Shown piece by piece: positions 9,570 through 19,253 of a stretch of 39,915 bases of DNA. The stretch lies in assembly GCA_036804585.1 (NCBI GenBank), contig DAIRSC010000001.1, positions 1-39,915 on the forward strand, in the 5' to 3' direction. Every line of letters begins with the position of its first letter. Position 1 is the stretch's first letter. This DNA comes from Chitinophagaceae bacterium (GTDB lineage: Bacteria; Bacteroidota; Bacteroidia; Chitinophagales; Chitinophagaceae). Under the pieces are notes generated by a model. The model did not search any database and was not told the origin of the DNA. It saw nothing but the letters and a program-made list of their open reading frames with translations. The position numbers were made by a program, and so were the translations under genes.

Positions 9570-12500
9570 ATGAAGCGATGTTTACAATTCTGTTTTTTTT
9601 TCCTGATTGGATGTTTTTCATTAAACGCACAAGTCTGTAATTATATCGTTTACGACGGGTTTGATTATTTGCAAAATTCACCGCTGAATGGTTTGAGTGG
9701 AGGAACAGGTTGGCTCAATACCTGGTCGGTACAAAATAATAATACACAAGTGCCCGGGTTTCAATCCATACCCGTGAGTTTGAGCTTTGGCAATTTACAA
9801 GCAACAGGTGGCTGTGGCTCTGGAGGCAATAGTTATCTTACTGCAGGGCGTCGTTTAAACAACACTTCAGGAGGTCCTTTTAATGCTTATCTGGTCAATG
9901 ATGATATTGGAGCAGCAGGAACCACCTTGTATATGAGTGTTGTACTCCAAAAAAACCAAAACAATAATCAGCCCGTTTGGCTATCATTACACAACAACAA
10001 TATTGACTGGTGTAACAATTGTGCGAGCACACAAATTCAGGTTGGATATTTTGGATCATCCAGTTTGGTGGGTGGTGTCAGGAAATGGGGCTTGTCCGTA
10101 AATGGAACTGTACTCAATACCAATGAAACGGTAGTACCGGGAGCCCCTGCATTAATGATACTCCGCTTTAATTTCGCGAACCCAACCACGATTGATTATT
10201 GGGTGAATCCACCTTCCATTGGAAATAGCAATCCTGCACCCACATTAAGTTATACGGCAGCGGGTGGTTTGGTCTTTCGCAGTCTGGCACTTTATTTGGG
10301 TGATGGTCCAAACCAAGGGCGAGTGGATGAAATACGCTTTGCATCCTCGCTTTCTTGTGTGGTACCCGATCAAAATGTTATCGTGAATACACCCCCGAAT
10401 GCAGTCATTGGCACCAATACCCAATGGGGGGTGAGTCCATTGAATGTACAATTTGATGGGAGTGGATCCTATGATTTGAATGGGAATATCGTGCAATATG
10501 AATGGCAGTTTAATGATGGGAGTCCAGCTGTTTCCGCTATGAATACCAATCATACCTTCAGTGCATTGGGCGAGCATATTGTTACACTTACCGTGACTGA
10601 TGATCAGGGGATTGCCCATACTGCGACGCAATTAATCACGGTCACCAAACCGGATGGCACCATCAGTTGTTTAAGTCAGGTGCAGGTTGTTCAACTTCCG
10701 AATTGTTCGTCATCGAATGGTGCGATACAGGTGAATCTCAATTCCGGACAAAATATCCAACTCTGGAATATGTCTCAGAATACCATAACACCAAACGGAA
10801 ATCAATTTCAGAATCTTGCAGCGGGCACGTATACTTTGTTGGTTAGTGGAAGCAATAATTGTCGGGATACTTTTCATTTACAACTTCCAATCGACAGCAC
10901 AACCTGTGCCGCTTGGGTACGCAATCCCTGTGAACTACAAATCGGTGCCGGATTAGAAGGGATTAGTTATTATGCCAATACCCGAACCTTTCGCGATTAT
11001 TTTAAAAGTGCGGGAGAGTGGATTCCTTACGATCCTCAAGCCGGAGGATGGAGTTCCAATGATATGGCTTTCATGCCATCTGACAGCAACGGGTATCCCT
11101 TACAGATTCCTTACCAGGTGGGAGCTGCACAACGTCAGGTGAGAGGCATACTCAGCGCCAATGGATTTATGCAAGTGGGTGTACCCATGCGACTCATGTA
11201 TGATGGTACTGGGAATATTCAAATGCAGGGCACTGTTCAGCAAACCGGCAGTGGGAATAAGTATATTGATTTTACGCCAACACAAAATGGCAATATCTGG
11301 TTTAACCTCACCTATTCCGATGTTCAGGATCCGGTAAGAAATATTCGGGTGGTGGAATTGAGTGATACTTTGTTGTATTTGAGTCAGCCGTTCAGGCAAA
11401 ATTTTCTGGATAAATGTGCCATGCTCAAAGCATTGCGGTTTATGGACTGGCAGCATACCAACAATAATGGACTGGTGCAATGGAGTCAACGAACTTCATC
11501 TTCCTATTATACCCAGGCGCGTGACAATGGCGTTTCCTATGAATATATTGTCGCATTGGCGAACACAATTAAAAGAGATATTTGGATTTGCATACCTCAT
11601 CAGGCCGATGATAACTACATCACCCAAATGGCACAATTTTTTAAAGCCCATTTACATCCTGGAATACATGTTTACCTCGAATACAGCAATGAAGTTTGGA
11701 ACTGGTTGTTTCAACAAACGCATTGGGTCAATAATCATGGCCCTCAAAATTTAAGCCTGGCCCGACGATATACCGAACGGGCGCTACATGCGTTTCGGAT
11801 CTGGAACAATGCATGGGGCAGTGATGTGAAAAGGGTGAAGCGGGTATTAGGAACCCAATTGTTGAATGATGCTGTACACCGTGAAATATTGGCACATGCC
11901 CCTGCATCGGATTACGACTACCTATCTCCTTCATTTTATTTTGGGGTGAATCATTATAATGGAGGAACTCCCGATTTGAGTTTACTCGGGATAAATGCAA
12001 CAGTGAATGATATTTTAAATAATGCCACCAATAGCTTTTTAAGTGCATACACAAATTGGCGCAGTGTTTATCAGGACTGCAAATTATTTGGAAAGGAAAT
12101 TGTCAATTATGAGGGTGGGCAACATTTTACTGATTTTAGTGTACCACCCTATATTAACGCCATGTATGCGGCTCAGTTGAGCAGTGGTATGTATCAATTG
12201 TATAATAGGGTATTGGATAGTTTGAGGCGTTTGGACAGTAAGTTGGCGATGGCTTTTGTGCTTTGTGGTCCGAATGAAAGTATTTATGGAAGTTGGGGTC
12301 ATTTAACGAATATCGATGATCCTGCACCCTGGAATGATGTTCCTAAATTTCAGGTTTTGGTGGACAATCTGCACGACAAACCTTCGCCCTATATTTTGGG
12401 TACAGAGCAAGCCAGTCTTTGTTACAATCAATCCTATCATATTGCTCTTCCGCAAATGGGGCATTCGTATCAATGGCAAATTGTAGGCGGTGATATATTA

Positions 12501-13202
12501 TTTGGTCAAGGTACAGATAGCATCGTGGTAGCTTGGCGTCAGGCGGGCATACAAAGCATAGCATGTAATGAACAAGGTTTAAATTGTGCTGAACGTGTGG
12601 TAAAAAATGTGCAAGTTGATACTTGTAGTAGTTATCTGACTGTAAGAACTTTTTTGGAATCCTATTATGATCAGGGACAGAATATGCAATCCGCGCTGAT
12701 GAATCAGTTGGTAGCAGGTGCGGTTTCAACCGATTGTGATACTGTGGTTTTACAATTACATCCGCCGAGTAATGTGCAGCAAGTTATTTTGAACGACACG
12801 AGTATATTACAAACCAATGGATGGGCGGGTTTTCGATTTCCCAATATCAATGATTGGTATTATATCAGTTTGAAACACCGCAATCATATCCAAACGTATT
12901 CGCAAGGGCCGGTAAGAATACATGCAGACAACGAGATGTATGATTTTAGTTTGCAGGCATCACAAGCTTACGGCTCCAATCAAACACAAATCGCCCCCGG
13001 CCTATTTGCACTATACTCCGGCGACATCAATCAAGACGGGGTGATAGACGGCCTTGATTACAACGACTGGGAAAACGATAGCAATAATTTTACCGGAGGC
13101 TATTTTAGTACTGACCTCAATGGCGATGGTGTTGTAGATGGATTGGATTTCATTTACTGGGAGCAGAACAGCAATAATTTTGTGGGGGTGATGTTGCCGT
13201 AG
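9570..13202 (+). CDS. Large secreted multidomain protein: LamG-like N-terminus, PKD domain, SprB-type repeat, putative clan GH-A-like (beta/alpha)8 domain, C-terminal dockerin-like Ca-binding pair
   Basis: Signal peptide MKRCLQFCFFFLIGCFSLNA. PKD block SPLNVQFDGSGSYDLNGNIVQYEWQFNDG...VTLTVTDDQG. SprB-like CSSSNGAIQV...GTYTLLVSGSNNC. LRFMDWQHTNN and YLEYSNEVWN (an NE motif) suggest a TIM-barrel glycosidase-like fold. The C-terminus carries DINQDGVIDGLDY and DLNGDGVVDGLDF. The catalytic assignment is tentative. Confidence 0.8.
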   Translation: MKRCLQFCFFFLIGCFSLNAQVCNYIVYDGFDYLQNSPLNGLSGGTGWLNTWSVQNNNTQVPGFQSIPVSLSFGNLQATGGCGSGGNSYLTAGRRLNNTSGGPFNAYLVNDDIGAAGTTLYMSVVLQKNQNNNQPVWLSLHNNNIDWCNNCASTQIQVGYFGSSSLVGGVRKWGLSVNGTVLNTNETVVPGAPALMILRFNFANPTTIDYWVNPPSIGNSNPAPTLSYTAAGGLVFRSLALYLGDGPNQGRVDEIRFASSLSCVVPDQNVIVNTPPNAVIGTNTQWGVSPLNVQFDGSGSYDLNGNIVQYEWQFNDGSPAVSAMNTNHTFSALGEHIVTLTVTDDQGIAHTATQLITVTKPDGTISCLSQVQVVQLPNCSSSNGAIQVNLNSGQNIQLWNMSQNTITPNGNQFQNLAAGTYTLLVSGSNNCRDTFHLQLPIDSTTCAAWVRNPCELQIGAGLEGISYYANTRTFRDYFKSAGEWIPYDPQAGGWSSNDMAFMPSDSNGYPLQIPYQVGAAQRQVRGILSANGFMQVGVPMRLMYDGTGNIQMQGTVQQTGSGNKYIDFTPTQNGNIWFNLTYSDVQDPVRNIRVVELSDTLLYLSQPFRQNFLDKCAMLKALRFMDWQHTNNNGLVQWSQRTSSSYYTQARDNGVSYEYIVALANTIKRDIWICIPHQADDNYITQMAQFFKAHLHPGIHVYLEYSNEVWNWLFQQTHWVNNHGPQNLSLARRYTERALHAFRIWNNAWGSDVKRVKRVLGTQLLNDAVHREILAHAPASDYDYLSPSFYFGVNHYNGGTPDLSLLGINATVNDILNNATNSFLSAYTNWRSVYQDCKLFGKEIVNYEGGQHFTDFSVPPYINAMYAAQLSSGMYQLYNRVLDSLRRLDSKLAMAFVLCGPNESIYGSWGHLTNIDDPAPWNDVPKFQVLVDNLHDKPSPYILGTEQASLCYNQSYHIALPQMGHSYQWQIVGGDILFGQGTDSIVVAWRQAGIQSIACNEQGLNCAERVVKNVQVDTCSSYLTVRTFLESYYDQGQNMQSALMNQLVAGAVSTDCDTVVLQLHPPSNVQQVILNDTSILQTNGWAGFRFPNINDWYYISLKHRNHIQTYSQGPVRIHADNEMYDFSLQASQAYGSNQTQIAPGLFALYSGDINQDGVIDGLDYNDWENDSNNFTGGYFSTDLNGDGVVDGLDFIYWEQNSNNFVGVMLP

Positions 13203-13613
13203 TTTCTATCATTATATGAATACCGTGTTCCAAAGGGGAGCACATGGCACAAAAAGTATGGGAGGCCAATGGCTTGAACATTTTGCCGAATGAATTTTTC
13301 AAGGATATCAAAACAATGCAAAAAGCAACTAGCAAGCAGCAGCTTAAGCCGATGAGCGATCATGGAATTTGAACCAGTTGGGCTATGCTAACAAAGCTAA
13401 TTCACTCTACACGGTATTGACGAGAATGATAACCATTAAGCAGGATGTCGCCATTCAAATTTGCTTTATTTGCCATATCGTATATTCTTTTGGTTTAATC
13501 GATTAGCAAAGAGTTGTCATGATGAATGAGCAACAGGATGAGGAAATTATCTGGGATTTCTTTGTTTTTCTAAAAAAAATGATTATATCTTTATACTACT
13601 AAAATTCTTTATC

Positions 13614-16600
13614 ATGAAAACTCTCCACAATCTCCACACTTCGCACTTCGCACTCATTTTAGTTAGTATGTTGCAAGTTATTGCTTTTAGCACAATAGCC
13701 CAACAGCGTGAAATTTCAAAGGCTTTAAACCAACCTGTCTTTATTGAGAACAAGGGGCAATGGGATGCACAAGCCATGTTCATGGTTCAATTGAGTAATA
13801 AACGTGTTTGGTTAACGAAATCCGGATTTGTAATTGACCAATATCAGGAGCTTTCTTCGGCAAGGGGAGCATCAAACAGGTTTAAATTAAACCAACCTGA
13901 AACGCATCCACGAAAAATAACATCCCACGTTGTGAAGTTTAGTTTTCCTGAAAGAAGCGAAAGTGTGGGTATTCGGACAAGCAAAGAAAGTGAAGCCAAA
14001 AGAAACTATTATTTTGGAACAAAACCCAGTCAACAGTTGCAAGATGTTTCAAGTTTTTACGAAGTTGAAATGACAAACTTCATTCAAGGAATTGATGTTA
14101 AATATTACATTGAAAATAATAACTTGCGATATGACTTCATTTTAAAACCTTTTGCCAATCCGGATTTATTGAATTTTACGGTTGAAGGTTGCGATTCAAT
14201 ACAATTGACGCAATCAAACAAATTAAGTTATAAAACCTTTTTAGGGACAACCCATCATGGTGATTTGTTTGCTTACCAATGGATAGATGGCAAGAAAACA
14301 GAGATTCCATGCGCCTTCCAATTAGATGGGAGAAAAGTAAATTTCAAACTTGGCAAATACGATCATTCTAAGGAACTCATCATAGATCCACTTGTTTTCT
14401 CAACCTATATTGGTGGAAATAGTTTGGATTCAGATGTTGGACTTTTTGTGAATAATCAGGGAGAATCTTATCTCACCGGAACAACACAAAGTGTGAACTT
14501 TCCAACCACAGCCGGATTAGGTACATATACCGCTCAAGAAGATTTGTTTGTTACAAAAGTCAATGCTTCAGGTAGTGCACTAATTTATTCAACAATTTTA
14601 GGAGGCGACGGAAATGAATCAGGCTGGGGTATAGATGTCGACGATAATGGGAACGCCGTAGTACTGGGGTTTTCTAACTCTCCGGTATCCACAACGGCTT
14701 TTCCAACTACCACAGGTGCTTTTGCAACTACAAACTCAGGTTTGATAGACCAAGTCATTCTCAAATTAGATCCGGCAGGTGCTTTGTTGTACTCGACTTA
14801 TTTTGGTGGGTCATACGATGAGGATCCTGGCAGACAAGTGCGCATAGACCCAACGGGTAATATTTTTGTTGTTGGTAGTACCGGCTCTAACAATTTGCCG
14901 GTTGTGAATGGTCTGCCATACAATGGTATGTCTGATATTTTTATCGCTAAATTCAATTCTACACTTTCCACCCTTTTATTTTCAACGCATCTTGGAAGTG
15001 CAACTTCCGAGTCCGCTGAGTTTATCGACATAAACACACAAAATGAAATATATATTGGCGGTACATGTAATACCAGTAATATTTTAACTACTCCAGGTGC
15101 TATTGCCAGCTCCAATGCCGGTTTGGATGATATAGTTTTGTTCAAACTGGAACAAGTAGGTGTAAATCAAAATAATTATTCTGTCACACATTCAACATAC
15201 TTTGGAGGTTCCTTAATGGATCATATTACAGGGATGGAATTGAATGTGAATAACGAATTGGTATTTTGCGGGGGAACAGTGTCTTCTAATTTTATTATTG
15301 TGAATCCAATACCGGGTTTTTCAACCTTAAATGCTTCGGGAAATTATGATGTATTTTTAACTGTTGTCAATAATGATCTCACCGTTACAAACGCTTCTAC
15401 CTTTTGGGGAGGTTCAGATTATGATTACTCCGGAGCCTTGTCTATCGATAATTCAGGAGGGTATCACTTGTCAGGCATTACCACCTCCACCAATTTACCG
15501 ACAACACCAACAGCTTTTGACAATACACTAAATGCAGGTGTCGGTTTAGATGTTTTTTATTTAAAAATTAGCCCGCAATTTAATGTGTTATATGCCACCT
15601 ATTTTGGTGGAGAAGGAGATGAGTGGACGTTTGCACTGCATGGAAATCAAAACGAGGTGTACTTAGCAGGTTCCACTTTTTCATTACCACCAAGTTCTCC
15701 AGACCCATTTCCAATTACTTCAGGTGCTTTTCAGACGGTTCCTGGTGGGTCCTCTGATGTATTTTTAAGTAAATTAGACTTGTGTGTTCCCTTGCAAGCA
15801 ACCATCAGCGCAACAGTACCTACTGTATGTGGCGGCTCACTTTCTTTATTTGCGAATGGCGGCATTTCTGGTCTAAACTATACCTACAATTGGCAAGGTC
15901 CTCCTCTCTCCGGATTTACAAGTAGCCTTCAAAATCCAGTTATTCCTTCCGTTGGACCGACGTATTCCGGAAATTATTTCTGTACCGTCACCGATGCCAA
16001 TGGCTGTTTTGAAACACTTTCTATTTCAGTGAATGTTCCCGTTGCACCCTTCACCGCCTCGATTCAATCAGCCACCTCAAATGGAGCACCCTGCGGACCC
16101 GGCGATTTATTAGGCTTCCCATCACCGGGCAATTATACTTATACCTGGACAGATCCATTAGGCGGTATTACAACCAATGTGAATAACAATGGATATGGCG
16201 CAGCCCTCATTGGTACCTATACCTTGGTGGTCACCGATGCCAATGGATGTACTTCATCAGCCATCTATACTATTTTTAACCCACCAACTGTGAATGCGTT
16301 TAATTCGGCAACCGCGGGTATATGCAGCAATTCGCCGGTTACTTTATCGGCAACACCTCCTACTTACGCTTCTTATAATTGGCTCCCCGGCACAGGGCTA
16401 AACCAAGCTACGGTAACTGATAACCCAAGTGGTCCTACAACCTACACAGTTACCATTATAGATGCCAACGGATGCACAGCCACCTCCACCACATTTGTGA
16501 ATACCCTGCCGCAAAAGTTTTGCTGTTCACAAGCTGCAATAAATATCTCTAATAACACAAGCACAATTTTACTGGATAATCAGGATGCGAACTACCTCAA

Positions 16601-19253
16601 TAATTATGTCGGGAGTTCAACCCTGAACGGATTAACCTTGTTCATCAATGGCACCTTCACACTCAACCAATCCATGCAATGGAACGATTGCCGTGTTTAC
16701 TTCACCGAAAATGCGAAAATCATGATCGATGCCGGAAAGACATTGGATATTCAACAAAACTCCGAATTATCCTCACCAAACGACTGCCCCATGTGGGATG
16801 GTATTTATGCATCCGGTATAGGGGCACAACTGATCACTCAAGGCAATGCCAATATCACCACAGGGCACAATATCATTCGTGATATGATCAATGGTGTACA
16901 AATTTCGCTCAATGCCAAACTGACCAGTTCATTAACCCATTATGATGACAACAAACTTTCTATCTCCCTCATTGACCTGCCGGCCAGCTACAACGGGACC
17001 ATCGAAAAAAATACCTTCAAATATCAATCCGGACTCAAAGCCCCCTATACAGGCGATAAACCCCAAACCGGAATCACCGTTTCGAATGCCTTACATGTGG
17101 TAATTGGCAGCCCAACCGTATCCGGAAATGGAAATAGCTTCGACGGCTTACACAATGGCATTTACCTCACGTACTACCAGCCCAATCCTTTCACAGCCCC
17201 GCCGGCAGTGGTGAATATGCACCATAATGTGTTTACAAACATTGTTGGTGGTATCAATTTATGGGATGTGGTAAGTCCGAATTCTACCCAAACCCTGTAT
17301 AACGACATTCGTGGTTGTGCTATCCTGGGCATTAACCGCCGCCAACAGTACCATGTCACCGCCAACATTTACGGCAATAGTATGCCAACGAATACCCTGA
17401 ATAATTTTACCGATTGTAATAAGGCTGTTATTTTAAACGGCTTTCATACCACGATACACCGCAATACCACCTTCAATACCCAGGCGGGCTTTTTAAATGC
17501 CCAGTGCGACGGTAAAAGTATTTCGGTGAGTAAAAACAAATTAGTAGGCGCCCGTTTAGGCATCAGTAAAGTAGGTGATGAAGCCAATTTTGATGTAAAT
17601 GATAACGAATTGAGTATGGCCGACCCATATCCTACCCAGGCCGGTTTGTATGTGCCTTTGGCTATTAATAGTACCTATATCACAGCCCAAAATACCGGAA
17701 CAACGGATATCTTCAGTAACTACATTGATTTTTCGCATCCTGATTATGCCACCGGAATTCATTTACTCAATGGCAGCCGCGATTTTATCCGCAACAACCA
17801 GATTGATTTTTTATACAGCGGCAATGATCCATCGGCCACCACAGTACCCAATTTGTTTGGTATAGATTTAGCCAATAATGATGGCGTACACGTTTTTGCC
17901 AATCATGTATTGGGCCTCAATACCCCTAACTTTTTAAATCTGCGACAGGCTGTCGGCATACAAATGCACAAAAACAAAAACAGTTTGGTTGAATGTAATA
18001 ACCTATCCAATACACAGTATGGATTTTATGTGATAGGCGATAATAATTGTAATAATTACGACCGGGTACGAAACAATACCCTCATTAACCAAAACAACGG
18101 CATTCTGCTTCGCCACCTGAGCAATGAAGGGACTTTGGGTAATATTGGAGAATTTATCCAAAATCCTTTTTTTACATACGATGCCAATAATTTATTTCAG
18201 GGAACGGCTTTGGTTAAAGTCTATCGGATAACTCCATGTACAATATTTACAGCTGATAAAATAGTTACACAGCCTGCAAATCTTCTTCAATCACAAAGCA
18301 AGTCATCCCAAACAAATTTTGCTTGTAGTTATGATGTTCCTTTTATTACTTCCTTTTCGGAAATTTTTGAATGCGAGCCTGAATTAATCGAAGAGCCTAT
18401 TATTGGAAACATTGAACGGGCAGAACAAATTGCCCTCCAAAACTCTCAATATATTGAGTTTGAAGAAGGCGGTCGCTGGTTGGATGAACGAATGGTGATG
18501 GAATGGTTGAATCGCGACCCGAACATTCGGCTCAACAGCCCCGTTTTGGATGCTTATTATCTTGCCCATCAGCAAGCCGCCTTGCAATACTTGTATGAGG
18601 TAGACCGCCTATTATCGGAACTTAGCGATCCGCTGGTACTACAAAATGCTGCCTTGTGGCAACAGAAATGGAATTTGGCTCAAAATTTAAACCAGGGCAT
18701 CGCCGAACAGAATTTGTTTGAAAGCAACGAAAAAGCCCTGAATGTGTTATATCTTAAATACTTGGCTCAGGGCATGGAATCGCTTAGCGCCAACGAGTTA
18801 CTTGAAATAGAATCTCTGGCTTCCAAATGCCCTTACTTGGATGGGCAAGCCGTATTTAAAGCAAGAACCTTATATGCGATGCTGGTGGGGACAAAAACAT
18901 ACAACGATCTGGAAATTTGCAATAACCTGGGCGTTTATAAAGGAGGGATCAATTGGTATGATATGGAAAATTCCAAAATTGGTGGCTTATCCGAAATGGG
19001 AGAGATTAAAAGTGTTCAGGTATATCCAAATCCAACAAATGGTCAGTTCTATTTCAAAAGTGAGGAATTTGATATTTCAAATTGCAATTTAAAGGTTTAT
19101 GATTTATCCGGTAGATTGGTTTCCGTTAAGATAAAGAAACAAAATGAAAGAATGATGCAAGTTGAATTGAGCCAAATACCAATCGGTGTGTATATGTATA
19201 GATTGACTTTGGAAAACGGTGATCATTATATGGGTCAAATAATCAAAGAATAG
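13614..19253 (+). CDS. Giant (1879 aa) T9SS cargo: SBBP beta-propeller repeats, three Ig-like TDANGC modules, right-handed parallel beta-helix, helical linker, type-A T9SS C-terminal sorting domain
   Basis: Signal peptide. SBBP repeats (YSTYFGGS..., FPTTTGAF, DIFIAKF). Modules ending CTVTDANGC, VVTDANGC and IIDANGC. PbH1-like N-x-I/GI repeats at about aa 1000-1500. The C-terminal VQVYPNPTNGQFYF...VYDLSGRLV...GVYMYRL matches the Por/T9SS CTD pattern. Confidence 0.88.
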   Translation: MKTLHNLHTSHFALILVSMLQVIAFSTIAQQREISKALNQPVFIENKGQWDAQAMFMVQLSNKRVWLTKSGFVIDQYQELSSARGASNRFKLNQPETHPRKITSHVVKFSFPERSESVGIRTSKESEAKRNYYFGTKPSQQLQDVSSFYEVEMTNFIQGIDVKYYIENNNLRYDFILKPFANPDLLNFTVEGCDSIQLTQSNKLSYKTFLGTTHHGDLFAYQWIDGKKTEIPCAFQLDGRKVNFKLGKYDHSKELIIDPLVFSTYIGGNSLDSDVGLFVNNQGESYLTGTTQSVNFPTTAGLGTYTAQEDLFVTKVNASGSALIYSTILGGDGNESGWGIDVDDNGNAVVLGFSNSPVSTTAFPTTTGAFATTNSGLIDQVILKLDPAGALLYSTYFGGSYDEDPGRQVRIDPTGNIFVVGSTGSNNLPVVNGLPYNGMSDIFIAKFNSTLSTLLFSTHLGSATSESAEFIDINTQNEIYIGGTCNTSNILTTPGAIASSNAGLDDIVLFKLEQVGVNQNNYSVTHSTYFGGSLMDHITGMELNVNNELVFCGGTVSSNFIIVNPIPGFSTLNASGNYDVFLTVVNNDLTVTNASTFWGGSDYDYSGALSIDNSGGYHLSGITTSTNLPTTPTAFDNTLNAGVGLDVFYLKISPQFNVLYATYFGGEGDEWTFALHGNQNEVYLAGSTFSLPPSSPDPFPITSGAFQTVPGGSSDVFLSKLDLCVPLQATISATVPTVCGGSLSLFANGGISGLNYTYNWQGPPLSGFTSSLQNPVIPSVGPTYSGNYFCTVTDANGCFETLSISVNVPVAPFTASIQSATSNGAPCGPGDLLGFPSPGNYTYTWTDPLGGITTNVNNNGYGAALIGTYTLVVTDANGCTSSAIYTIFNPPTVNAFNSATAGICSNSPVTLSATPPTYASYNWLPGTGLNQATVTDNPSGPTTYTVTIIDANGCTATSTTFVNTLPQKFCCSQAAINISNNTSTILLDNQDANYLNNYVGSSTLNGLTLFINGTFTLNQSMQWNDCRVYFTENAKIMIDAGKTLDIQQNSELSSPNDCPMWDGIYASGIGAQLITQGNANITTGHNIIRDMINGVQISLNAKLTSSLTHYDDNKLSISLIDLPASYNGTIEKNTFKYQSGLKAPYTGDKPQTGITVSNALHVVIGSPTVSGNGNSFDGLHNGIYLTYYQPNPFTAPPAVVNMHHNVFTNIVGGINLWDVVSPNSTQTLYNDIRGCAILGINRRQQYHVTANIYGNSMPTNTLNNFTDCNKAVILNGFHTTIHRNTTFNTQAGFLNAQCDGKSISVSKNKLVGARLGISKVGDEANFDVNDNELSMADPYPTQAGLYVPLAINSTYITAQNTGTTDIFSNYIDFSHPDYATGIHLLNGSRDFIRNNQIDFLYSGNDPSATTVPNLFGIDLANNDGVHVFANHVLGLNTPNFLNLRQAVGIQMHKNKNSLVECNNLSNTQYGFYVIGDNNCNNYDRVRNNTLINQNNGILLRHLSNEGTLGNIGEFIQNPFFTYDANNLFQGTALVKVYRITPCTIFTADKIVTQPANLLQSQSKSSQTNFACSYDVPFITSFSEIFECEPELIEEPIIGNIERAEQIALQNSQYIEFEEGGRWLDERMVMEWLNRDPNIRLNSPVLDAYYLAHQQAALQYLYEVDRLLSELSDPLVLQNAALWQQKWNLAQNLNQGIAEQNLFESNEKALNVLYLKYLAQGMESLSANELLEIESLASKCPYLDGQAVFKARTLYAMLVGTKTYNDLEICNNLGVYKGGINWYDMENSKIGGLSEMGEIKSVQVYPNPTNGQFYFKSEEFDISNCNLKVYDLSGRLVSVKIKKQNERMMQVELSQIPIGVYMYRLTLENGDHYMGQIIKE

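Noticed and set aside
13244-13372. 42-aa ORF (MAQKVWEANGLNILPNEFFKDIKTMQKATSKQQLKPMSDHGI) in the 410-bp gap before the giant gene
   Set aside because: I recognise no motif, signal or partner, and it is too short to support from sequence alone. It might be a gene fragment; a homology search would settle it.
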